This document shows, in pieces, positions 30,726 to 42,016 of a DNA stretch of 64,000 nucleotides; the first letter of the stretch is position 1; each line of letters starts with the position of its first letter. Source of the stretch: Candidatus Heimdallarchaeota archaeon (GTDB taxonomy: Archaea; Asgardarchaeota; Heimdallarchaeia; JABLTI01); the NCBI GenBank assembly GCA_018238155.1, contig JABCTZ010000006.1, positions 32,001 through 96,000 on the forward strand, read 5' to 3'. Made by a program: the position numbers and the translations under genes. The notes below the pieces were generated by a model. That model worked only from the letters and a program-made list of their open reading frames with translations, had not been told where the DNA came from and searched no databases.

Positions 30726-31415
30726 TTATCTCATCCATTGCCCTACTTTGATTCCCTTCCAAGGTTTAATATCACCATTTCTCATACCAATGAAATCTGG
30801 GATCATTCTAATGATGATGAGTATTGTGCATCCCCAAGCAAAAACCATTATCGGCCAAGTATGCCAATAGGTTCCATTAAGTGTAGAAAATTGTCCTACC
30901 AAATAAAATATTGTGTATGTTGTTGCAACGGATGCAGTTGCCATTATACCCGCTACTCCACTGTATCTGATAATTATTAACCAAATAAGTAATGAACCCC
31001 ACCACACCAGAATACCCCAAGGATTGATAACAATCATTACTCCTGATAATGCTGCAAATCCTTTGCCTCCTTGAAACTTCATCCAAGGCATCCAGCAATG
31101 CCCGGCAAATACTGCAATGCCACACAGAGCTGCTAGTAAATCCAAATTTACGGGTTCTAAAGATGTTAGAGAACTAAAAAAGAAATATCTGGTTAATAAT
31201 GTACCGAGAAACCCTTTTGTAATATCTAAAGACATTGTTAAAGCTGCCCAACTATAGCCTGCTGTTCGGACAGTGTTTCTAGTGCTAACGGAACCTGAAC
31301 CTTCATTACGCACATCTTTTCCAGTAACCAATTTAACAATAATCCAAGCAAATGGAAGAGAACCGAAAAAGAAACCTATAATTGGTGCTAAAATAAATGG
31401 ATAAATCATTTGCAT
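30726..31415 (-). CDS. plsY: Glycerol-3-phosphate acyltransferase PlsY homolog (divergent)
   Basis: GSLPF, DVRNEGSG, LDITKG, GHCW..FQGGKG, multi-TM. Confidence 0.8.
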   Translation of the reverse strand: MQMIYPFILAPIIGFFFGSLPFAWIIVKLVTGKDVRNEGSGSVSTRNTVRTAGYSWAALTMSLDITKGFLGTLLTRYFFFSSLTSLEPVNLDLLAALCGIAVFAGHCWMPWMKFQGGKGFAALSGVMIVINPWGILVWWGSLLIWLIIIRYSGVAGIMATASVATTYTIFYLVGQFSTLNGTYWHTWPIMVFAWGCTILIIIRMIPDFIGMRNGDIKPWKGIKVGQWMR

Positions 31416-31576
31416 AATCTCCTGTTACTGACGAATACTCTTGTTCATCTTTAAATAGATTATTCCCCCACTCTATGATGGTTCAAAGGTCCATTCTTTA
31501 ATAAAAGTAATTCTTTGGCAAAACCTAAAAAAGCAGAAGAGCTTAAGAAAGATAACAAACCAAATCGAAAGAGAGA

Positions 31577-31867
31577 ATGATTATCTTGGTGTCATGGAAA
31601 GAAGAATTTAAACAAGCTGGTTTAGAGTTGGGATTTGATCTATTATTAGTTGCACTTATCGTTTGTTGGGTAGCTGCCATTTTAACAGCTATTCTAGAAG
31701 TTTCTCTTTGGGTTGTCTTTGGACTTTTCTTTTTGGGTTGTGTTTTCTTATTTTCAATGTTCACTATCTCAAGAAATTCGGAAGAAGCAGAGAAAAAAGC
31801 TCTTGCACTAGAAAATGTTGAAGACACAGAGAATGAAGCTGAAGAAGAAAGTGATGATTCAGAGTGA
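31577..31867 (+). CDS. Small 2-TM protein with acidic tail
   Basis: Two hydrophobic helices and an E/D-rich C-terminus. Confidence 0.55.
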   Translation: MIILVSWKEEFKQAGLELGFDLLLVALIVCWVAAILTAILEVSLWVVFGLFFLGCVFLFSMFTISRNSEEAEKKALALENVEDTENEAEEESDDSE

Positions 31868-32082
31868 CCGTTTAATACAAAGGACAATAATTAGCTTCTT
31901 TTCTTTTCTGTTATTCCTATAACACAACACTTTTTTGTTCAAACTTCAAAATGATTCTAGCAGATAATTTGTTGTCAAAAATGAAATTGCCTTTATTGTA
32001 ACAAATGAGGTACATTTACAGATACGAATAAGTAGAGTGATTTGATAAGAAATTAATAGAATCACATCTGGAGCGAATAAAA

Positions 32083-33729
32083 ATGCCTGAAATAGGTCTT
32101 GGAGAATTCGATGATCAAGAAGTATTGAAGAAATCACTTGAGATATTTGAAAAAAAGAAAAAAGAAATTCAAGATCACATTCTTGAAAGAACAGCAGTCG
32201 TTCCAGATGAAACTTTAACAGAACTTGAAAAACAATTCAATATTTCCACAGAATTAGCGAAAGCTGTTTTCGTACTAGAGTTTGAGTATCACATTCCAAG
32301 GGAACTTTCTGCAAATCACTATAAAGCTGAAATGAAAAGACTGACACAAGCACAATATGAATTGCCTGATATCTACTCTTTTAGAGTAAGATTTTCAATG
32401 GAAGAAGGTTTTTGGATTAAATATCTAGTAGTGGACCTTCCAAAAAAACTTGAGCAAAAAATGCTCAAATTGAAAAAAATCTATTGTTCTCTATTTGGCG
32501 ATCTTGCTGCAGACAAAGAAGATGCAGCTGTATATATTATTGAAAGAGCTTTTATTTGCAGTGAGATAGTAAGACCAATTATCCATTCTTGGATGAAAGA
32601 GCATCATCGAGCAAAGTATTCTGATTGTGTTGAAATTTTCTTGTGCAGCATCTCTCGAAAAGCGAGAGAAAAGTGTTTACTGTTAGTTGAAGAAATTAGC
32701 AATAGATTTCATTCACAGATTGATTCATTAAGAAGTATCATTACTGAAATTAGACCACAAGGATGGATATTGAATGCAAAAGAAGAGTATAATAAACTTT
32801 CAGAGAAATTGCTTCTATTCGATAAAGAAAATTATCTTGATTGGCGCTTGACTGCAGAAATCATCTTAGAAATAATGTTGTTTAGGGAATTTGATGGATC
32901 AACAAAGGAAGAATCAGTTTTTCTAGTTAAAGAAATGCCGAAACAGAAAGAAAATATTGTCACTGAAATGATGGTCACAAAAAAAGAAAAATTCATCACA
33001 GATGATATTTCGGTGATTCTTACAAAAATAATTGAATTACCAGAAAATGATCAAAAGCAGCTGATCGTAGAAATGGTACAAGAAAGCTATGATTTTGCTA
33101 TAATTAAAAATCGTACAAAGCCAGCTATTTTCTCTAAGGTCTTTCTAGAAAGGATTATGGCAGAACTAATGGTTAGAAGTAATGAAATAACCAAAATAAC
33201 AAAGAAATTTGATATCCAACTAATGTTTCGCTTGTCTCCCGCAGGAGGAAAAGATCGTCGAAATTTAGATCTAGATGAAAAAATAACGGAATTACTTGAA
33301 GAATTTGTGGTGGATATTTTAAAAAGAAGAGATGAGCTAAAAATCGTTTCAACAGAAAAAACAATGAAAACAGCCGTTGAACCATCTCATGAAGAAATCG
33401 AAAAAAACTCTGAAGTGCACTCTGCAATAAAAAATCAAAGAGCAGGAAAAATAAAGGATTCAACTGAAAAGGAATTATGGCTATTTGTAAGAGATGAATA
33501 CTTGAAAGAATTATTTGATAGTGAGAAGGAACTAGTTGCCGGGGCAAAAATTTTAAAGAAATATTCACTTGATCTGGGATTATTAATGACAGAGGGAGAA
33601 GCAATATCATATTTAACCTCTGAACTCGAAAAAAGGGGTTTTTCTTTTGAAAACTCAAGCAAAGAAGATATTGATTCAAATTTGTGCAAAAGCATTTTCA
33701 GGCAGTTGAAAGAATTGAGAAAGTATTAA
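32083..33729 (+). CDS. Hypothetical helical protein
   Basis: 548-aa ORF with GGAG upstream; no motif recognised. Confidence 0.6.
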   Translation: MPEIGLGEFDDQEVLKKSLEIFEKKKKEIQDHILERTAVVPDETLTELEKQFNISTELAKAVFVLEFEYHIPRELSANHYKAEMKRLTQAQYELPDIYSFRVRFSMEEGFWIKYLVVDLPKKLEQKMLKLKKIYCSLFGDLAADKEDAAVYIIERAFICSEIVRPIIHSWMKEHHRAKYSDCVEIFLCSISRKAREKCLLLVEEISNRFHSQIDSLRSIITEIRPQGWILNAKEEYNKLSEKLLLFDKENYLDWRLTAEIILEIMLFREFDGSTKEESVFLVKEMPKQKENIVTEMMVTKKEKFITDDISVILTKIIELPENDQKQLIVEMVQESYDFAIIKNRTKPAIFSKVFLERIMAELMVRSNEITKITKKFDIQLMFRLSPAGGKDRRNLDLDEKITELLEEFVVDILKRRDELKIVSTEKTMKTAVEPSHEEIEKNSEVHSAIKNQRAGKIKDSTEKELWLFVRDEYLKELFDSEKELVAGAKILKKYSLDLGLLMTEGEAISYLTSELEKRGFSFENSSKEDIDSNLCKSIFRQLKELRKY

Positions 33730-33741
33730 AGATGATTTTTT

Positions 33742-33879
33742 TTATCTGTCCTCGAAAATTGAAAATGTTTTACTCGATGTTTTTTGATTCACAGTATCGG
33801 ATTGATTGCTAGCAATAACCTCTTTCTTACGATGGCTTCGGTTCAAGTTTTCAGCCCAAAAATCTAGTTCAATTGGCAT
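33742..33879 (-). CDS. Possible small protein (45 aa)
   Basis: Own translation MPIELDFWAENLNRSHRKK...FEDR*, AAGGT upstream, fills an otherwise empty gap. Confidence 0.3.
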   Translation of the reverse strand: MPIELDFWAENLNRSHRKKEVIASNQSDTVNQKTSSKTFSIFEDR

Positions 33880-34284
33880 TCTTTTTCTTTACCTTCTCAA
33901 GATTAGTTTGTAGTGAAAGAATATTTCAGTAATTCAATAAAAACAACTGCAATATCGGGATAGTTACCCCAATATTAGCCTTTAAAAGAATTTGGAGAGG
34001 AAAAATAAACAAAAAGAAGGGTCTTCATAGCGACAAAAACACTGATGCTTTTTCCCACAAAGCATAAAAAGAATCAATAAAACGTACAATTAGAAACTAA
34101 TTTGTCTTCAAATCTAGAAAAGCTATTTGAAGTTGCTTGTGTAAAAATATGCTCTTTGTTTGACCACTCAGAAGGACGGCTAGAACAGAAAACGCTACAA
34201 GATAAACAAGCACTTGGTACTGATAGATTTTGAAGGAAATGGATTACAGATTAAATAATTGATAGTAGGGTAGATGATAGAACA

Positions 34285-35517
34285 ATGTCAAATATAGAAG
34301 ATTTCACAAAAGAATTAGAAATTTCTACATTCTCAAAACCAATTCTAAAAGAAATGGGGATAAAGTCAATCTTCTTAGTTACATTTGATATTATTCTAGG
34401 ACCAATAGCTTATGTCAATACATTGACACCTGAAAAAAGTGAATACCTTGAATTCTTGGAAAATCTAGCGCATCTAGGAGAATTTTATACTGGGATATCA
34501 CACGCTCAAATTGATAAAGTAACAACAAGAACCGGAGAAGAGATGATAGTTGGACGCGCAACAAGAAAAGTAAATGAAATGGAATTAATTGATATTGCTG
34601 TAGCTATAGTAGACTCAACAGAATATCAAAATGAAATTGTTAAGATGCTGAAATTCGTAGTTCGTACTTCATATGGTAATCCAAAGAACTTTTGTGATTT
34701 ATTAGACAGAGTACTGCTAGAATATCAAGACCTCGGAAAGAAAAATGCCAAGGCTGGAAAATTCGCTGTATATAAAGACACATCAAAAGCAAAAGTGACA
34801 AATATAGCAAAGATATATCACAATTGGAAAGGCGTGCTCTTCATAGATTTTGAAAAAGATAACGTAAACAGCTCATTTATGCCTGATTGGATTGAAGCAA
34901 GCAAAATAAATTCACAGGAAATAGCACAAAAAACAAGAAATATGTACGCAGAAGGAGTTATCCTTCCAAGATCAAAACAAATTTTTTCGATGGTAAGCAT
35001 AAAGGGTAAACAAGTAATTGCCGTATCAACAAATAATTCACGGTTTGTAACAATAATATATCCCACAGCAGACGGAATGACAAAAATATCAACTATAGCA
35101 GAAAATATGGATATTATTAACGAAGCTTTGAGCGAAGTAGGAATGCAAGTCAATACAGAAGCAATGAAAAGTACTCTTGAAATGATCGATAAAAGAATAA
35201 GAGTAAATGACACAAGTGCATTAATGAAAGAAGTAATTGTTCTAATGTTGAGAGCAGAAGAGCTGATGCCAAAGAACAAGATACAACAAAAAGAATTCGA
35301 AACATTTCAAGGAGGAATACAAAAGAAATATTTCAAAGGATTAAGAAAAGCATTCGAAGAATTTGATGGCACAAAAACAATACTAGAAATTGCTCGAAAA
35401 GCAAATGTTAGTTTGGATAAAATGGCTGATTTTGTGTCGTTTTGTATGACAAGGGGAATTGTACAAGTTTTTACTAAAAATGGCCGAACAAGAACACCTG
35501 AAAGGAAAATTGTCTAA
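34285..35517 (+). CDS. NPRL2-like protein (N-terminal uDENN/longin, C-terminal winged helix)
   Basis: SIFLVTFDIILGP at the N-terminus; FDGTKTILEIARKANVSL...RGIVQV at the C-terminus. Confidence 0.5.
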   Translation: MSNIEDFTKELEISTFSKPILKEMGIKSIFLVTFDIILGPIAYVNTLTPEKSEYLEFLENLAHLGEFYTGISHAQIDKVTTRTGEEMIVGRATRKVNEMELIDIAVAIVDSTEYQNEIVKMLKFVVRTSYGNPKNFCDLLDRVLLEYQDLGKKNAKAGKFAVYKDTSKAKVTNIAKIYHNWKGVLFIDFEKDNVNSSFMPDWIEASKINSQEIAQKTRNMYAEGVILPRSKQIFSMVSIKGKQVIAVSTNNSRFVTIIYPTADGMTKISTIAENMDIINEALSEVGMQVNTEAMKSTLEMIDKRIRVNDTSALMKEVIVLMLRAEELMPKNKIQQKEFETFQGGIQKKYFKGLRKAFEEFDGTKTILEIARKANVSLDKMADFVSFCMTRGIVQVFTKNGRTRTPERKIV

Positions 35518-35672
35518 GTAAAAACAGTAACAAACAAACAATAAATTGAAAATAAGACTTATTTTTGATAAAAAAATTCACAAACAAAATAGCGATACAT
35601 TCTTTTGTATTGAATAAAAGAGGCTATTACTTCACAAAATGAAGCGATAGAATAAATGAATAAATAAGTTGG

Positions 35673-35972
35673 GTGTGTGTGAAATTGACAATGCAATATG
35701 TAGTTAAGAAAATGGCAAAAATACATTGTGCAAAAGGACCAAAGGGCTGCAAGAAATGTCAAGAATATGTGAAAGAGATAAGATATGCATTATTGGATAC
35801 CAATCCACAAGAAAATGAATTAGCAGCAAGACCAATGATAGAGTTGGAAATAGCTAGCGGCGAAAAAATTTGGGTAACTTTTGACATAATAGCCTATTTT
35901 GATACATTGGATGCAGTAAAAGAATATGCAGTAAAAAAAGGCATTGAAATTGAGCAAATAATTGAAGAATAG
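35673..35972 (+). CDS. Small Cys-containing hypothetical protein
   Basis: HCAKGPKGCKKC motif; real start probably an internal Met. Confidence 0.55.
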   Translation: MCVKLTMQYVVKKMAKIHCAKGPKGCKKCQEYVKEIRYALLDTNPQENELAARPMIELEIASGEKIWVTFDIIAYFDTLDAVKEYAVKKGIEIEQIIEE

Positions 35973-36080
35973 AATTTATGAAGGTTTATTTGCCAAAAAG
36001 AATCAATGATCCTTCCATTCAATAAAAAACAGTAAATGTGTAAGAATATAACTAAGACATAGATCGAATAAAATGATCTA

Positions 36081-37133
36081 TCAGAAACTTAAACCAAAAA
36101 AAGAATGCTTCTCAATTTGTTGTTTAAGATCAGGTTTTATCTGTATGCAAATATCAATAACTAAAGTCATTAAATCTTCTGAAGTCTGTTTAGTAAATTT
36201 CTTGAATTGTTCACTGTCAATTTTATCATTTGAACACAATCTTAACAAGTCAATACATTTTTGAATAATATTACTCATTTCCTTTTCATATGTTGCACGA
36301 ATTTCAATTTCTGTTTTTTGCTTTCGCAAATTTTTTATCAAAGCACGAAGAATTTTGGTACTTTTTGAACCATAAACAGTTCTCTTTTCAAATGAAATAG
36401 TTGTTACATCAGCATTTTTATAATTTTTAATAGATGCCTGAGGAACGCCAATAACATTAACTGTTTGAGGAATTACATATGAGCTTGAATAGTTGATCAC
36501 TTTGTGAAAGGGAAAAGGAGTAAGTAAATTCAGAATAGAAACTGTATTAGAGGCAGATAATATATCACCACAAATGATTATTGTTTTGTAAGACAATAAG
36601 GCATATATAACGGCATCTAAATTGGATTTTATATGCTCTAGAAGAAACGTGATAGAAACATCAGTAGCGGTATTCATCTTAGTACGAAAAACAGCTAAAC
36701 TCTCTTCTGAAAACCTTTTCATTTCAGTTGAGCTTCGATCAAAAGAGGATAAAACATTATCAATTATTTTATCAATTAGTTGTTCAGCTTCATTGGAGAA
36801 GCAGTAATCTGCGTGAATCTCTTTAATTTCAAATGAAATTTTGGATGCTATTTTAGATAGAATCTGATCGATTATTTCCCTTTTAAAAGCTATATTGATA
36901 TCCTTAATAATGACAACACCAAAATACTTTCTTATTTCCATATATATTTCATGTGTTTTTGTAGCAAAGTATTTCGCTTCACCAACATCTATTGTAGATA
37001 GAAATGCCTGTATGGCTGAAATAGCTCCTGAAAAAAGAGTAGCCCTGTCAATAGATTCTTTTTCTATTGATTGCAATTTTCTGAAATATAGAGGAAGTCC
37101 ACTTCGAGAAATAATATAAACAGCATCTAGCAT
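36081..37133 (-). CDS. Longin domain fused to DENN-like core
   Basis: MLDAVYIISRSGLPLY...LFSGAISAIQAF (longin); AVIYALLSYKTIIICG...LLTPFPF...VIGVP...DVTTISFE (cDENN-like). Confidence 0.65.
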   Translation of the reverse strand: MLDAVYIISRSGLPLYFRKLQSIEKESIDRATLFSGAISAIQAFLSTIDVGEAKYFATKTHEIYMEIRKYFGVVIIKDINIAFKREIIDQILSKIASKISFEIKEIHADYCFSNEAEQLIDKIIDNVLSSFDRSSTEMKRFSEESLAVFRTKMNTATDVSITFLLEHIKSNLDAVIYALLSYKTIIICGDILSASNTVSILNLLTPFPFHKVINYSSSYVIPQTVNVIGVPQASIKNYKNADVTTISFEKRTVYGSKSTKILRALIKNLRKQKTEIEIRATYEKEMSNIIQKCIDLLRLCSNDKIDSEQFKKFTKQTSEDLMTLVIDICIQIKPDLKQQIEKHSFFGLSF

Positions 37134-37328
37134 TTTGTAAAAAACAAATTAGTATCCATTTTAAATGTTCGTTAAGATTCATGAAGGGACGATGAACGCT
37201 TCTTTTGTCGGTAGAAATGCTTTTGCCTGTGTGCTCGAATTCATCCCTAGAATGAACTTCAAGACTTGATAGCTACATAAACTGAATAAACAAAGCAGAT
37301 TGATCACTCTACTATGATGACGATTAAA

Positions 37329-37640
37329 CTATTTAACTAACATCTTATATGTTCTAAAGCTTAACAAAACCATAATTAGAACGAAAATTGCACCAAATAA
37401 ATAAACAATGGGTGTTATAATTTGATTGATAATATCAATTTCTAATATAGCACTAATTATTGCCATGATATAACCAAAAGTAAAGAAAATAACAAGAACG
37501 AAAGCAATTTTCCAATACTTTGCTATTGTAGCGCCATCAGGAAATATTGAAATGATTTTCAAAATCAGATAAAAGCAAAAGCTGAAGCTTATAATTCCGA
37601 TAGATGCTGAAATAATTGTGAATATACCTAGTAAATCCAT
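37329..37640 (-). CDS. Small 3-TM membrane protein
   Basis: Three hydrophobic segments. Confidence 0.6.
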   Translation of the reverse strand: MDLLGIFTIISASIGIISFSFCFYLILKIISIFPDGATIAKYWKIAFVLVIFFTFGYIMAIISAILEIDIINQIITPIVYLFGAIFVLIMVLLSFRTYKMLVK

Positions 37641-37814
37641 TTTGACATCACATCCTTCTATTTGGAAATAGTTATAAATCTTTTTTTAGCACAAAAAAAA
37701 CACTTATTATAAAAGTAACAGTAAACAGATAAAAAATACTCTCTCCAGAGGAAAAATTAACAGTAAAAGTAAAGAGAAAATATTTTATTCCAACAACGGG
37801 AATAATAAACATGA

Positions 37815-37935
37815 GGAAAGGTTTTAATACTACTGCTTCAAAACAAAACAAGTCAAAAGACGAAAACTCGGGATGGAACGCAAGAGAAATAAAAACTTGC
37901 AGACCATTTGCTTATTGGAGCAAAAGTTTAAAAAC
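37815..37935 (+). promoter_or_regulatory. Two candidate BRE/TATA promoters for the 16S pre-rRNA
   Basis: GGAAAGGTTTTAATA (about 37815) and CAAAAGTTTAAAAA (about 37921), each followed by CTTCA, upstream of the leader arm. Confidence 0.4.
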
Positions 37936-38185
37936 AAAAAACTTCACCGACAGAGATTAGTTTCTTCATGAAACTGCTCGCACCGTATATGAAGGCGACA
38001 ATCCGACTAGGAGCATACCGCTCTAGAATGACAGGTTGCAAAAATCCAAGCGAGCAAACAATGAAAAAAGAAACGAAAAATCTCAAAAAAATAAATAATA
38101 TTAAATAACAATAAATAACATCAAAAAATAATAATCATTATGTTTACTATGAGATCCCGAAATAAAACGGTTCGGGGTTGATGAA

Positions 38186-38314
38186 AACCAACTCGCGCTA
38201 TTATATATTACCCCCAATAGAATAAAAGCAAAATTGCATGGTTAAAAGACATGTAAAGGTTGTACAAACTAATAATTCCTACTGTTAGAAAGCAAATATT
38301 TTTCTAGTGGAAAG
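38186..38314 (+). other. 5' arm of the 16S pre-rRNA processing stem (BHB)
   Basis: GTTAAAAGA(38241)-CATG(38250)-TAA-AGGTTGTACAAAC(38269) pairs with 39980-40008; flanking helices CCTACTGTTA, TGGAAAG and CAACTCGC also pair with the trailer. Confidence 0.9.
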
Positions 38315-38403
38315 TAAGATCTTGTTAATAGTAAACCCGTACACAAAAAACCCTGTTATGTTTATACCATAAATGGTCCATAACTAATCAAAAACAGGAA
38401 TCA

Positions 38404-39894
<1,491 letters not shown>

Positions 39895-39952
39895 CTGAAA
39901 TCGATTGGTCCTCAGGACCGATCTTTAGTCAATGGAGGGGAAATTAAAACCC

Positions 39953-40054
39953 CTTTCCAAGTTTGACTTAATAGTAGGCGTTTGTATAACCTCATGAAAT
40001 CTTTTAACTGCAGAAATAATGGGTAGAAAAAAAGCGAGTTGTGTTAGTTAGGTT
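39953..40054 (+). repeat. 3' arm of the 16S processing stem = repeat copy R1
   Basis: GTTTGTATAACCT-CATG-AAA-TCTTTTAAC (39980-40008) ... GCGAGTTG ... GTTAGGTT, then T-tract. Confidence 0.9.
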
Positions 40055-40231
40055 GTTTTTTTATTATTTTTTGATTATGAAATAAGTGTTTAAGCGTCAT
40101 TTTTCTTGTATAGTTTTCTTCTCTGTAGAACCTTTACTTTTTTTCTTAGAAAATTTGACTATTAGAGCAACAATAGCTATTTCTAGAATAACCGGGATTC
40201 CATACAGAACAAAATAGAAAATAAATGGGCG

Positions 40232-41818
40232 TTACTGTTGTTTTTTTCGAACTATGAATATGATGATAGGTATGGCAATAATTGGTATGATAACTAAAAA
40301 GGCGAAATAGCCATAATTACATTTGGTAGGTTCAACAAAAATCGCAATAAAAGCATCAGTATGATCATCAAAGAAATTACGATAAGCATTCTGCGTAGTA
40401 GGGAAATCACTTGAAAAAGTTTCACCCATTACATAGCAGCTCCCATCACTTGCAACTACAACACTGTTAGCGCGATCAGTAGAATCCCCTCCTAGGTAAG
40501 TACTCCAGAGAAGTGAACCTGATGGAGAGAACTTTGTAATAAAAGCATCATAAATACCTCCTATAGTACTATTAGAAACCCCCTGTACTGGGAAATCACT
40601 CGAGGAAGTCTCACCAACGACATAACAGCTGCCCTCACTGGAGACCGCAATATCGTAACCGCGATCCCCGTTATACCCTCCTAAGAACGTACTCCAGAGT
40701 AAGGATCCATCCTTTGCCAGTTTGACCACGAAAGCATCTCCATACCCGCCGTAGGTGTGATTATGAGCATTGTACATGGGAAAATCAGGTGACCCTGTGA
40801 ATCCAGTAATATAGCAGCTGTCATCCCCTGCTACAGCAATACCAAGAGATTCATCCCAATAACTCCCACCAAAGAAGGTACTCCAGAGTAAAGAACCATT
40901 GGAAGAGAATTTGGTTATAAAAGCATCCCAATCACCAGCATAAGTGTCGTTAATTGCATTTTGTGTGGGAAAATCAATAGAAGAAGTAAATCCTGTGATA
41001 TAACAGCTGTCATCACTTGCTACTGCAACACCATACCCCCATTCTCCACCATACTCCCCGCCCAAATAAGTACTCCAGAGGAGAGCGCCATCAGGGTCGA
41101 ATTTGGATACAAAGACATCATAACCGCCATTAAAAGTGCTATCGAATGCCTTTTCAGTGGGAAAGTTCGTGGAGGACGTCAATCCAGTAACGTAGCAACT
41201 ACCATCACTTGTTGTTGCAACACTACACCCCATATCCCAGTTATTTCCTCCTAGGTAGGTACTCCATAACAGCGTACCATTCGTAGCAAATTTACTAAGA
41301 AAGGCATCGGTAGCAACATCAATCCCACTTCCATAGGTAGCATTGTAAGCATTCTTTGTAGGAAAGTTTGAAGACCAGGTTGTCCCCGTGACGTAGCAGC
41401 TGCCATCACTCGCCACAGCTATATCATAACCATAATCTAAATCACTCCCACCAAGATAGGTACTCCAGCATAGAGTGCCATTTGCAACAAATTTGGACAC
41501 AAAAGCATCTCTACCACTATATGTATAATTGAATGCATGAAGCGTTGGGAAATCTCCTGAGGAGGTTCTTCCTGTGAGATAATAGCTGCCATCCCCTGCC
41601 ACAGCAATGCCTAAGCCAATTTCTGTTCCACCCATGCCACCAAAAAAAGTACAATACTCAAGAGTAGGCATAGCAGTCTTCTGGACTCCAAATTGAGTCT
41701 GAGGAAGTATTTGTCCACTGCCAAAATTCAGAGGAAAGGGGGAACAAAGTATTAGAATTACAAAAAGAACGCCACAAGTCCCTCTCTTGCTTCGATTGGA
41801 AAATATCGTTTGACCCAT
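40232..41818 (-). CDS. SBBP beta-propeller repeat surface protein
   Basis: Signal peptide, about 7 repeats of WSTYLGG..D.G..IAV.SDGSCYVTG.T.S.DFP...DAFxxKF, C-terminal TM and RKK; visibly more G+C than flanks. Confidence 0.85.
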   Translation of the reverse strand: MGQTIFSNRSKRGTCGVLFVILILCSPFPLNFGSGQILPQTQFGVQKTAMPTLEYCTFFGGMGGTEIGLGIAVAGDGSYYLTGRTSSGDFPTLHAFNYTYSGRDAFVSKFVANGTLCWSTYLGGSDLDYGYDIAVASDGSCYVTGTTWSSNFPTKNAYNATYGSGIDVATDAFLSKFATNGTLLWSTYLGGNNWDMGCSVATTSDGSCYVTGLTSSTNFPTEKAFDSTFNGGYDVFVSKFDPDGALLWSTYLGGEYGGEWGYGVAVASDDSCYITGFTSSIDFPTQNAINDTYAGDWDAFITKFSSNGSLLWSTFFGGSYWDESLGIAVAGDDSCYITGFTGSPDFPMYNAHNHTYGGYGDAFVVKLAKDGSLLWSTFLGGYNGDRGYDIAVSSEGSCYVVGETSSSDFPVQGVSNSTIGGIYDAFITKFSPSGSLLWSTYLGGDSTDRANSVVVASDGSCYVMGETFSSDFPTTQNAYRNFFDDHTDAFIAIFVEPTKCNYGYFAFLVIIPIIAIPIIIFIVRKKQQ

Positions 41819-41980
41819 GATAATAACCTATTGCCTTTCTTTTAAGTATTTTATTCTTATAAGATTTATCTTGATTGAGGTTTCCTTAAATCTTTTAGTT
41901 TTGCACTTTCTTTACAATATAACCTCAAATAAAAGAAGAAACAATGAAATAAATAATGCTGTTATTTTTAAAAAAAAGAT

Positions 41981-42001
41981 AATCCTAGCAAAGCTAGGAT
42001 T
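41981..42001. terminator. Perfect hairpin downstream of the caspase-like gene
   Basis: AATCCTAGC-aaa-GCTAGGATT. Confidence 0.5.
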
Positions 42002-42016
42002 TAGTGGTAATAGTTT

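Noticed and set aside
17938-33695. Long antisense ORFs (e.g. 17938..18465, 28537..29148, 33173..33679) and the many short overlapping ORFs
   Set aside because: They lie opposite or inside longer genes and have no recognisable motifs; they are codon-bias shadows.
39895-40230. tRNA-Ala or 23S start in the 16S trailer
   Set aside because: Only short hairpins (GATTGGTCCT/AGGACCGATC; GGGG/CCCC) are present; no cloverleaf, T-loop or 23S 5' sequence.
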